NCBI GenBank assembly: GCA_025201805.1
Contig: MU619269.1
Span: 89,266 to 153,265, forward strand
Direction: 5' to 3'
Origin: Parasitella parasitica NRRL 2501
Taxonomy: Eukaryota > Fungi > Mucoromycota
DNA length: 64,000 bases
The notes beneath the pieces are model-generated. The model made no database searches. It was not told the origin of the DNA and saw only the letters and a program-made list of their open reading frames with translations. Below are positions 24,961 through 37,592 of this stretch, piece by piece; the first letter of the stretch is position 1, and every line of letters begins with the position of its first letter. The translations under genes were made by a program, and so were the position numbers.

Positions 24961-27900
24961 TTATAATAGTTGGAGCTTCCAGTCAACCTTTTCAATTATA
25001 GGCTTATCGATCATTTTGGTATTATTCTTGGCTTCATCGAATTCCTCCTGCGAAGCGTACTGTAAATCATACATGTTAGTCATGTTTTAATTAATACGAC
25101 AAAAGTAAACCAACTTACCAAACTAACAGTCAGTTGCAGAGGCACAAAGATAGTAGCCATGGAAGACTCAAGTTCTTTGAGAAACTTTTCAAACTTTTCT
25201 TGAATAGCTCTGGCTTCTTCAACGTATTCAAATGGAACAAGAGCACGAGTCAGGTTGCCGAGGTCGTCTATATACAGGTAAAACAAGAAATATTAAGCAT
25301 CATATTTACATACAAATCCACATAAGCTTACGTTGCATTGTGCTGGCTTTCTCTATAAGTTTCTTGACAGAATTGACGATATATTCTTCTTCAAACACTG
25401 AGCCCTTCTTACCACGAGCTCTTTTACGCTCTTCCTTTTTTCTAAGTTTAGACGTTTTTCTAGTTTTGGTGGACCCTTGAGAAGACACGGAAGATACCCG
25501 TGAAGATGCATTGGTATATCGAGTGAATTGACTGTACATTGATGTAGTGTCTGAAAACATGTCAATGTTATCCAAAGTATCGTCGTTGGCCATGGCGTTC
25601 TCAATGTTTACTTCAGACTTCTTGGTGCGAAGCTCCACAAGACGCGCGCTTTGCTTGTGGAACTGGGCCATCATCTCGTCAATGTCATCATCCGTTTGCG
25701 TATATCCTTCAACGAGTCCAGGCTTGACATGAGTCTCAATCAGATCAGAGCGATCATGCATATAGCAGGTTCGCTCAGCTTCTTTCCAGCAACTGCCCTT
25801 CAGTAAACAATCGACAGCTTCTTCAATATCCTTGGCATAGTCCTTTGCAACAACGGCTGCTTCTTGGAACCTACGCTTATCCTTTAAATGTTCAATCATA
25901 TCATAGGCCAAGGCATGGATATCCTCATCCGTGTATTTCAATTGCTTTGCGATCGAGAAAGACTCTCTCCAACATCCAGCCATGCGATACGATTCTAGGG
26001 CCTTGATAGAGTTGCCTGCCATGGTATAGATAATACCGGCCTCCTCAAAATTAGTGGTAAAAAGGAGATGCGCACCATACACCTCCAAGATGGCCAGTTT
26101 TTGCTGCTTTCTGTGGGCGTATTCTTCAATTGCAACATGGTAAAGAGAATGCGTTTGCATGTACTCTAGTACTTTATCAAAATGTTGATCGCCAGCCATA
26201 CTAAGGTTCTTGATAGCCTTTTCGTACCGCTTAAGATGGTCATCAATCTTGTAGCGCTGATAGTACTTTTCAAAGTTCTTCAATTCTTGCAAGAATGGAA
26301 GGTATTCCTTGGGATCCATTTGTGCCTGTTGAGCAACCATGAGCACCAGCGGGAAATTGTACATACCTAGAGCAACATCATACAACAAGGCAGCCTTACA
26401 CAAGAAAATGGTATATTTCAAGGCCTCCTCAGCAGCAGCCATATCAGTTTCGCGAAGCTCAGATAAAAGAGCCATGGCAGACTCAAGATCAGGAGGTGAG
26501 CTTCTGACATAGGTGGAAAGAATAGACTGAATGTAGTGCTCGCGGCCCAGCTCAACCAGGACACTACGAACGGCCTCACAAATGCTGTTGACCTTATTTT
26601 CAACGCCACTTGCTGCTGTCAGTTGATCTGCAGAAAGACCGCCGCGGCGATACATGGTAACCAATGTATCTTCGTTACGAAGGTTAGACAGGAATAGATT
26701 GAGATAGTCCACTTCTGACACCTGTTCAATGAACGCATGGATGTTCTCTACAAAGCGAGCGGGGCTGTCGTCATAAAGAATATTGAGATCAATACGATTC
26801 TTACGACAAGCGATAAAGGCAGAGCGGAAGTTGAGAGCCCTCAAGTCTTCACGAATAGTGGCAAGCACAAAGGCACGGGGACTGATGGTTTCAAGATTAC
26901 CGCGAGGCATTTGAAGGACCAGAGACGGCTTGTGTTGAGTTGCCATGACAATTTTGGAGCCGCGTTCAAGACGTCTGGAAGTTTCATCGTACGCATCACT
27001 GGTCTCGTCAGAAAGCTTTAGCCCCTCCAGTGGCGCGCTATCCAAAGCCAAAAATCTTGCAGAATGCCTAGTTGTGGAGAAGACCAACCAAGTTCCACGC
27101 AAAAAGAATGAAGTGGCTTCTGACGAAATAAGCTTATCATTGATGTAAAGCTTGCTTCGGTCAGTTAATCCCACGATGGCTTTTTCATCACCATTCACAC
27201 CCACACGGGCCGTAGCAATCCAGGAACAGAAGCTGGGGAATTGCTCTGCAGGGGTTACAATCGGCGTCTCGTCCTGTAACTCAACATTGGAGACTGACCC
27301 ATCTATTCCTTCCACAATCAAGTCTTGATTAGTAGCATTGTAATAAATGCGTCCAATTTGTTTGTCTAGTGGGCTGGCCAACACAGACAAGATTTCACTG
27401 CCGGGCGTAAAGGAGCCAACACAGAGCATATCCGTTTGCAATTCCTCATCGTATTGGCAGAAAACAAGTCTAGTTTCGCTAACCCAGCAAAGCTGCCTGA
27501 TGGGATTCTTTGCATAAGTCTCATTACCGGCATTGATTTCTGGAAATACGACTTTTCCAGCAAGCGGTGCACCTCCATGGCCTCTTTCAGGTAAATCAAA
27601 GAATTGAATGTCTTGGTTTGTGAGTACAGCAATCTTCAAGCCATTGGCTTGTGGGCCAAAAGCAACATACTGGATGTCGCTTAGAGTGGAGACAGTAAGC
27701 GAGCTCATGGGTGGAGGCACATTCATGTAACTGAAGGGTGTCAACAGCAATTGAGCGCCGTCAATAACTGCGACGTAGCCTGAATTGCTTTCGTCGATAG
27801 AAGTACTAGTGTAAACATCCCAGTTGTAGGAGAGCCTTTGATATTGGCCAGAGCTACTGACCAGATGTGCGATCAAAGCATCCTCTACATCCCAGGCAAA

Positions 27901-29085
27901 TCCTACGATATTTCTGTGCTCTGAAAGTACAATGTGCTGCTTCATATACCAGTGGTAGTTCTTTGATGTCCACAGCTGAACCGTCTTTTGTAAATCACCG
28001 TTTGCGTTTAATGATTCGATCCAGACTGCCAGAATGGTAGAGTCTGCGTTCCACAATACTTCCATTACTCGCTGTGTTTGATCTCGGGTCTCTCTTAACG
28101 TAAATTCGCCATGTCTCAATCCATTTCTTTCAAAAAACACAATATCGTGGCGATGAGGAAGACGTTGGCTAGATACAATCAGATTCCCAGAGGGTCTCCA
28201 GTCCAAAGCTTGCTCTAATTTATCGACAGGCTCACTGGTGTTTTGCAGCGTACCCTCACGGTTAAAAATTCGTATCACACGGGCTGATTTACTGGGATCA
28301 ATGTCTGAAACAACAAAGAAACTGCCATCGCCTCTCCATGACACTCGCGGCCTTGAATCATCGTTGTCTGAAGTGCTGAATTTACTGGTATCCACCTTTT
28401 GCTTTGCGGCTTCTTTGCCTGCAGAACCATGGAATTGTGTCTCCTTGCTGCCCCATCCAACGCTGTGCTGCACTCCTTCTCCTTGATCTTCCACATGGAG
28501 CTCAAACTCGGTGATCGGGTCGAAATCTTGTGTCATCTCCAAAACTTTTTTCTCGCCTGTGTGTGTATTTGCATTAGTAAAAGAGCTGCCTACTACATGT
28601 ATACTCACCTGTTACCAACACAACTATATCTTGATCTGGACTCCAGCAGACGGCGTGAATACCAGAATCCACAGAACCCATAATCTCCATCTAAAATAAC
28701 ATTGCATGTCAATGCGCTAATTCCACATGAGCCTGTCAAAAAAAAAAAAAAAAAAAAGTGCACATACTGCCTCTTGTCCATTCTCGAAGCGCTCTTTACT
28801 AAAGAGCATGATGTCGCCATGGAGTGTGCAGAGACAGACAACTTTCAAATCGGCCAGGAAAGTAAAGCTGACAATGTCTGCTGAAGAGCAGCGACCGATC
28901 TCGACAAAGACATTGGGATCTCCTGGAGCTAGATTAGTGGCTGCAACTCGGATGTGGGATTGTTCATCTGGAAATGCAACATAGACGGTTAATGACTCGG
29001 GATCTGTTGCAATAAAGGATCTAGCTTTGATATCTGAATTAGTGATTTTGGAGGATCTTTGCCCCAAAAGTTCCAAGCTACGCAT
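24961..29085 (-). CDS. ELP1: Elongator complex subunit 1; spliced
   Basis: VGWGSKETQFHGSAGK, FFERNGLRHGEF, LQMPRGNLETISPR, basic C-terminal KKEERKRARGKKG. Confidence 0.96.
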
Positions 29086-29775
29086 AGTGTAAGAATTATG
29101 GCAATGAAAAAAAAAAAAAAAGTGAAATTTCAAACCGTTTGATGTGGATTTACACTGGAAAATTTTGATCACACAGTCACTTTGGGCTTCCTGACAGCCA
29201 TGTATTTGTTCCATTACTCATCATCGTGGAGGTGGTTAGCAGCTCTCACTATAGTCCTTAATGGAAGCTACAATAGTATGTGAAAAAGTCATTGTAGATA
29301 ATATATTCCACCGAAATTGGATACACCACATCATTTAGAAAGTGGTGCAATAATTCAACCCGTTAAATATGATTGCAAAACATGCTGATTAGCTAAACAT
29401 CATGTAGAACAACTCTTTATCAAGCTGAAATGATCCAACCAATTTGGATGTATATGCATTACTTGTTCAGCAGAATTTCAGTTAGGACTCTCTTGAAATA
29501 AGCCTTCTTGATGAAACTGCCTTTTACCTATTTGAAAAACTTATCCCAATGCTTGCCTGCATGCAAGTGTGACATCTTCGCCAAACGTTTTCTACTCAAA
29601 AGCTATTCATGTTGTTCCTGACGGTGTCACGGTATGTTCGAATACAAGAATTTATCATTATGGTCTTGGTACTTTAACTTTGAGATTTGCACAACATGTC
29701 CGACTAAATCGACCCCATTTAATTTACAATTTTTATCATGTTTTTTTTATTATGTTCTGATTATTTGATCTCGAT

Positions 29776-30747
29776 TTATCCTTCCCAATGAACTATGAAA
29801 GAGAAATAGGAGTTAGTCAACATACCAACTATAATTCAACATTTTTCTCAGTTACCAGGCAATGAGTTTCCGGGGATGAACAATCTCTGAACACCATCTT
29901 TTGTAATGACAGCTAAACGTATGACACCACCTGAAGAACCATCACGAGACATTGCTAATGACAAAGCTATATAATATCAAACAATACGTCAATCTGGGAT
30001 CCACTTTCTACATGGGCAAGCAAAAACTTACAATTCTTTACAAAATCTTCGCACTCTGCGCGAGTCATGTCATCCTTGTAATTTGCATCGCAGTAACCGT
30101 AGATATAAGTTGATCCGGACCCTACGACAAAAGATGTTGAATTAAACTAAAAAAAAATCCAAGCGCCTGAAACATCAACTTACCACCAATGGCAAAAGGA
30201 GCCTTATGTAAGGATCCACCAAGAGGAATATTATATACAGAAGGGCCACTTGCCTTATCCCAGCCAGCAACAATAATACCTGCAGACAAATTATCCTTGT
30301 TTTGATAACACATTTCCTGGAATAAAGCAGCAGCTGTGCGAACACTAGGAGCTTCATTTTCGTTTACACTAGGTTTATATTATCAGTATCATGCATCCTT
30401 CCTTTTTTTTTTTTTTTTTTTTGATCAAAATCATTCAATACTTACGTATACATTTGAAGATAATAATGAACAATGTCTGCAACAGCTTGAGTATCGGCAG
30501 CGGAACCTGAGCGGCAGCAGTAGATGGTGTCATGAACTTTGGTTAATTTGTCGGTAACTCTGTTAGCAATGTAGGCACCAGTGGTTGTACGTGAATCGGC
30601 ACCAAGAATTACACCATCTTTGTAAGCGACCGCCATAATGGAAGTCTATAAAATGAAAAAGTAAATTAGTCGGTCGAGCCCATATCTTTTGCATGCCATG
30701 TATGTAAACTTTACACCAAGATTAACTTCTCCCTTCTTCAGACTCAT
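29776..30747 (-). CDS. PRE3: 20S proteasome subunit beta-1; spliced
   Basis: Propeptide ...GEVNLG then TSIMAV; [21 protein letters not shown]; [10 protein letters not shown]; RDGSSGG. Confidence 0.95.
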
Positions 30748-33700
30748 GTTTTATAATTCAAATTTATTCAAAGGGTAAAAAAAAAGAAGATGTTTGAAGA
30801 GTACGTATGTAGATTTGACCTTGACTGACTATTAAAAAATTAGCTTGAACATTTTTTTGGGTCTGTAGATTACGCGTTTAAAGAGCAAATGGGAATCGAT
30901 GTCATCAGAGTACATGTACGATTGTAGTGCAAATGTGCTCTTTGTTCATATAAGGATATTGGCCAATTCAAAGCCCACAATCCTTTGCGAGGAAAGGGGA
31001 AACAAAAAATGGATTTAGCTGATGATTAACCAAAGATTTTTGTACATGGAGTATGCTGGGAATTTGCTGTTTAAATTTGAGAAATGTTCAGTGCCGTATG
31101 AGTATGTATACACATGCAAATTCTTCAAGCTTATATCCTGTTTCGGTTAGCTAATGTGAAAGTGATCATTGATTCCTATCCTGCTAATACCTAATACTGC
31201 TCCAAAAANNNNNNNNNNAAAAAAAAAAAAAAATAGACAGCAAAGAGCGATTTCAAGAATGGATAGTTATTATTTTAACTTTTTTTTTTCTTCATTGATG
31301 TAATACAATGCTCTCGTCAAACTGAAATTAATACTATAATCTCATTTAATAGTGAACAAATAAGCTATAGGATTTCTATCGAGTCTTGGTAGTGTAATAA
31401 TGGCCAACTACTGTCCTGCAATGATCAATAATGCATTCATATTCATCAATTAACTAATTTTTTGTCCATCTAAACCTTGGCTTTTCCCATAACAAAAAAT
31501 ACCACGTTAAACAAGGCACTAGAAAGTACTTGGCGGATAAAAATAATATTTTGTAATCATCAAGATGCAAGCAGAAATATGTTTTAGGGCGGACAAATGC
31601 TTAGTTTTTGGATGTTTGATGGCATAGTTTATGGTCCTTTTGGCCATTTCAGGAGCTTGGAACAATGCCAAATGGGTTTTCCAGGACTCGTAGTCATGAT
31701 CCGATACATTTGCAGAGAAAAAAGTTTGCTGAAAAATCAATCAATTTTTAACAATTTCGCATGAGGGTCCATAAGAAAAAATCGATGGTTTTTCATTTTC
31801 TGAATTTTGGCCTCAAAAATGAGAATTTTTACTATTGTGTTTGTTAGTGAAAAATACTCGGATACACTCCAAAATTCATATTTAATTGCCTTTTTAAGGA
31901 TTACTTATTCAATACATGGACTTTTACATTAAAAACGTGTTTCTCTAAAAATGTGAATTTCTTGAAACTCCATCATGCAAAATTTTTGAGAGTTATTTCA
32001 TTAATTGCGCAATTGAATTCTCTATAAAAATGAATTAATAATAAATAGGTATTATCTTATTACTTTTTAGAGATAATGATAAAAAAGTGGTGAAGCATTC
32101 AAAAACTTGAGGTTGCGATCGTCTATCAGGAAAAAAAAAAAAAAGAAAAAAAAAGTCGGCGTTTGAATCGGTCTCGATGCTGCTGCTGCTGCTGCTCCTG
32201 TTACGGCTACTACACCACCTCACATGCCTATTCTATTAAAAAAAGGAGAGTTGAAGCGCAAAGCCAGATGCACAGTATGCAAATTATTTATTGTATTCTA
32301 TTAACAAAGGTTCCTATTAAATAAATTAAACAAAATCCTATCCTACTCAGTTATATAAAGTTATTGACAATACATCAAATGTCCACTCCAACAACTCCAT
32401 TTGATCCCCTTGACTGAGAATTAGCGCTAAAAAAATATAACGGGAATATTAACAAAAAAAAAAAATTGTAGCAGTAATAAGGGTAGGGCAATATATCCAG
32501 TATTATGACGAACCCTGAAAATAATAAAAGGCAGGAAAGAGGCAACGAACCTCCTTCTCATCCTTCTCCTTGTTTATCTCCTCATCATATGTAAAGTTAA
32601 ATAATAAATGCAACAGCAGACATCTATTACGTCTATCCCAAAGGTCACAGATATATCTTGCTTTAGCTGAAACCTTGGTGGTGGTCTCATACGATTGATT
32701 CCGTTGTATACGTATCTAGAATGGGATCAGATGTCAAGCTCCCTGCAAGCAATCATTTAATAATAATACAAAAAATCACAAGGAATGGTGAACTGGTTGC
32801 ACCCCAAGGCAACATAAATGTATAAAAAAAAAAAGTGTATGACACAGGATGAATAAGGCTACATGTTGCTGATGGTAACATGATGCTCATTAATCAGCAT
32901 TCTTATCATTTATTAAGATATGTATACGTATATTGGACAATGAATTTCATATTTAAAATGGACGAAAGACACTGGGTTGATGCCACTGTCAGCTGCCTTT
33001 GGGTTTCCAATAGGATGGTCCATAAAACGATCCGTTTGTTTGTTTATTTTGCCTATTGTCATCATCTTGACCACAAAGGGTAAACAATTCAAAAATTACA
33101 GATTATTACACAAATTTGTAATATGTGTACATTAAGGGCAAACCTTGATTAATATTTATACAAACATACACTGCTGTGTTATACACAGTCTATAATTTAA
33201 TATACAGGAGTGTGTAGCTTGTTTTATATTTATATAATAACAATAACAATAATAATAAGAAGAAGAAGAAAGCCTATCATTAGCATTACGTACAAAGATA
33301 ATACGTAGGAGTGAGGGGATGATCTTTTCTACAAGACAGATAGAAAATACCCACAGCCAATCAAGTCAAGTTCTTGATGGAATTGCTTTGTCGAAATCTA
33401 CTAGCGGTATGATAGGTCCCTTTCATTTTTTTACTTGATTTAGATCAACAAGTTTGCTCCTTGAATGTGCACATATTACTTATCTCTGTCATAAGCAATT
33501 ATATCGTGCCGAATTTGGATTTTACAGTTGAAGAGAGAACGCAGCTAGCAGTAATTTCTCCTTATAGAACTGGAGGACTAATAATCAATGGCAATGATAG
33601 GACAATCATGCGTCCACAATGCCATACACTACTACAAGTAAAATGCTTTAAAAGGCAACCAACTCCCCCCCCCCCTTTTTTTTCATGTATAAAAGATCTC

Positions 33701-33762
33701 ATCATTTTTGAGATATTTTCCTTTTTCTTTTTCTCCTCCATCTTACAACAAGAGAGAAAAAA

Positions 33763-35476
33763 ATGTCCAACATCAATTACGGTTCGATACCTTCATCACC
33801 ACCCTTGAAAACGCACCATCTAACAGCAGCCGAACGAGATTTGCTACAATCCGACCGTCCTGGATATGGATCGAGAACAAGAACTGAAGTAGCCTTTAAT
33901 TTAGTCAATGCCACCGTTGGGGCTGGTATCATTGGATTGCCATTTGCCATTGCGCATGCTGGTTTCTTTACCGGTATTGCAGCTTCAGTTGTTGTCGCTG
34001 CGCTGGCCCAGATGGGCCTCTACATGCTTGTGATTGCAGGACAGCGAGTTGGCAGCTATAAATACGCATTGCTTGTTGAACATTTACTAGGCAGACCTGG
34101 CTACCACTTTTTGAACTTTATGATTTGCGTTCAAGCAGGCGGAGGTGCTGTTAGTTATTTTATCTGTAAGTCCAACAATTAATGCAGATTTTCATTTATA
34201 CATAGCTGACTTGCCCGCTACTAGTGCTCGGCGATAGTTTACCAATGTTGTTTGAAAGATATCTTCCTCAATTTCCCATTTTGGGAGATCGTACATTCAT
34301 TTTATTGTTTGTAGGCATTACATGCGTAAGTCTACTATAGAGATCTCGTCTCTCGGCATCACTTGCGTTTTCTTACATACAACTATATACACAGGTATTT
34401 CCGTTAAACATGTCAAGATCCATTGGTTCCTTAGCCCGCTGGTCGATCATTTCAGTTGCATGCTTACCCATTATTCTTCTCACGATTTTGATTAGAGCGC
34501 CTGCCTATGCTCCTGAAGAGAGTATTCCACTTGAATGGGTCGGAACTGATGTATTTGGTGCATTAGGCATTATGGCATTCGCATTCACTTGCCACCAAGT
34601 TGCATTTCCCAACTTCTTGACACTGGAGAACCAATCGACTCATAGCTGGAAATTGACCACCATATTATCCACCGGTATCAGCTGGTTGATTTCAATGACC
34701 TTTGCTATTATTGGCTACTTGTGCTTTGGATCCAAAGTACAATCCAACCTGTTTATGAATTTTGCCAGCGACGACCCACTTATCAACGTTGGCCGTTTTG
34801 CACTCAGCATAAGCATGATCTTGACCATTCCGTAAGTGTGTGTAATACAAGAAAAAACGTGCTGTTTTGTATTAATATTATTTTTAGTATGGGTATCTTT
34901 CCTACTAGAGAAGCCATCCAAAAATCGTTGGGATTCGAAACTGCCAGCAAACAGCCTACCAACAAGCAACATTACACAGTGACAATTGTATTATTCGCCG
35001 TCATTCTGGGAATTTCCATTGCAGTGAAATCTCTTGGCACTGTGTATTCCATTGTCGGTGGGTTTTCGGCCACGACCCTCGCCTACATATTACCTGCAGC
35101 TTCCTACCTTGTCACCCGCAGTGTCTATCATAAGAATATGAGCTCACAATCCATTCTTAACGCTTCGCAACCAAAGAATTTCATTGGTGTATTCCCTACT
35201 TTAACCGGATCAACCACTTTGACTCCTGACGAAAATGACTTGAAAGCACCCCTCTCATGGGATACTGCATCCTGTTCCTCATCTTCTGCAAGACATTTAG
35301 CTCTTGATGATGATGTTGCTACCGTAGATGGCGAGGAAATCAATGAGCCCGATTTAGGAATGTACACATCTTTAAAGCCTACTTTGCTTATGGATATCGC
35401 AGCTGGCTTGCTTATCGTATGGGGCTTTGGAGTCATGTTCTTGTCATTATCATCAGCATTTCAAGGTTCTAATTAG
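33763..35476 (+). CDS. Aa_trans family amino-acid transporter (Avt2/SLC38A11-like); spliced
   Basis: FNLVNATVGAGIIGLPFA, GIMAFAFTCH, multiple TM segments. Confidence 0.88.
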
Positions 35477-35556
35477 AAATACTCTCCTTCATCACTGTAT
35501 TCCCCCCCCACCCCTATTTTTTATACACTTTTTGACAATAAACATTTCAACTTTAT

Positions 35557-36964
35557 TCAGTTTCTTGCCATATGAATTCTCTATAAACAAGAAGAAAATT
35601 AACTCTCAAATATACGAAAGTACCAAAGCAGATTACACTTACTCTTCCCTTTTTACTGAGAGAAACAGGCTTATTGTTGGGTGCGCCATGGCCACCATTA
35701 ACCAAATTAAACTTGTCAATCAGATCATTGACAGTGTTTAATCCTTTGGTAATCGAAGCAAGATAACCGACTAATAAGACATCATTGTATTCCTATATTG
35801 CCCCATCAATACATACTGAAATCACAGGTTGAATATAAACGTACCGTCCGGAACTGCTCGTCAAAGGCTGATTTCTCCAAAACAGGCGATCTGGTACAGA
35901 TACTAGAGATCTGGCGAATAATATCGTGGTCGATGGGTATGGCACCAGATTGGGCATCTTGCAAGTACTGATAAAGAAATCGAATTCTAGTATTCAGCAT
36001 GGCAATGGCATTTCTCTGTGTAGTCAAGTGAGCAATCACTTGATGGGCCGTAAATAAATCATCCTGTCATTCATAACGATACCTACATGTATTCCCAAGA
36101 CCGGTGTCTGCGCTCGAAGAACTAGGCTTAGCCACATGATCCACTGCAATACATTCAGCTTCTCCAGTCTCCACCTTGTACGTTGATTTGATGAAGACTA
36201 ATCTGGTATGTCCTTCCACAATGTCAATGACAGACTCATAGATGTCGACTGGGAAGTCTTTGGCAACCCCTGCCGGCTGCAATGCCCTTGGATCCATCTG
36301 TAAAAACAGGGCTGATTCGCTCACTTGGAGGAACTATGGCGCAAGTTATTTATCTATCTTTGCTCATGTGTGCATGCAACTGCCTGTACCTGCTCATGAA
36401 GTTTCAAATCGGCTTCGGAAGGAGCTGTTCCGAGAGTGTACCAGCCCATAAAGTCAAGATTTGGAAACACTTGTTTTACTAGATGGCCCTTTTTCTATCA
36501 GTGTTCTGGGGCGGCTACGTGTGGGAGGGCCTGTACTTACATTGCTCTAATTTGTACAATAAGAATGACTTGTCTACTACTGTGTTACTGTCATGCTCAA
36601 ACGATAAGGGAAGTTCAAACGAATTGATGATATCGACATCACGTCCAGACTGCGAGGCCAATAACGCCCCGTACATACGGCCTGTATGCCATGTGAATAC
36701 ACGCAAAACGAAAGCTATCGTAGTTTATCTTACCGTTTTCAATGGCTGTAGGGTTCTGCAACTTTGTGCGTGTGTAATGGTCAGAGATATTCAGCAAAAC
36801 CAAGGGATGGCTACATGCACAAAGACAATATCAGTTGGATAGACACGGCAATGATTAGATACAAGCTACACATACACCGCTATAGAGAGGCCAGAGCTGC
36901 TTTGAGCAGTAGATACAATAGGTGCTGTTTGTGTAGTTTCGTCTATTATATCCATAGCGCTCAT
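35557..36964 (-). CDS. CSN6: COP9 signalosome subunit 6 (MPN domain); spliced
   Basis: VHPLVLLNISDHYTR, KQVFPNLDFMGWY, ETGEAECIAVDHVA, EYNDVLLVGYL. Confidence 0.92.
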
Positions 36965-37592
36965 TGTGCACTTTTTTTTCTTTTCTTTCTTTCTTTACTA
37001 CAAGGAAAAAGAGCACAACCTTGATAATGCAAAACAAAAGGATGGAGAGTGAGCACTCGTGACGCGTATCTGCCATTGCAAATGGCGAGTGAAGGGCAAA
37101 TCAATACGGCTAATCACAGGCAAAAGCATTGTATCACATATTTTCATCACACAAAAGCTTTTGCGCAAGCATTGACGCTCAAGATCCTTGCTATATTATG
37201 GAGGATTTTGTCATTTGTTTTAGTTGAAATACGACCATGATTTTGCCAGATGAAGGCAGGAGTGTGTTATGGGTCTATTCAAAGCTGCCAATACTGGCCA
37301 AGACTACCCATTCTCAAATGTTTGCTGGTGCAATGTTACAATCCTGGTTCTCTGGTGATAGCCATGAAAGGCACTTGACTGTCTATATACACCATGTTCC
37401 GTAGTTGCGAATTGACAAAGCATCGTCAATGCGAGCAACAGCTGTTTCACCATGTTCACAACTTTAATTCGTGGGGGGGGGTTTAGGATGGGGGTTTGGC
37501 AGCAGAAAAGTAGAATTTGAAACCCATTAAAGGGACAACAAAGCATCCTTTTTTCTTTTGCTCTCTCTCTTTCTCTTGAAGTAATTGGGGGA

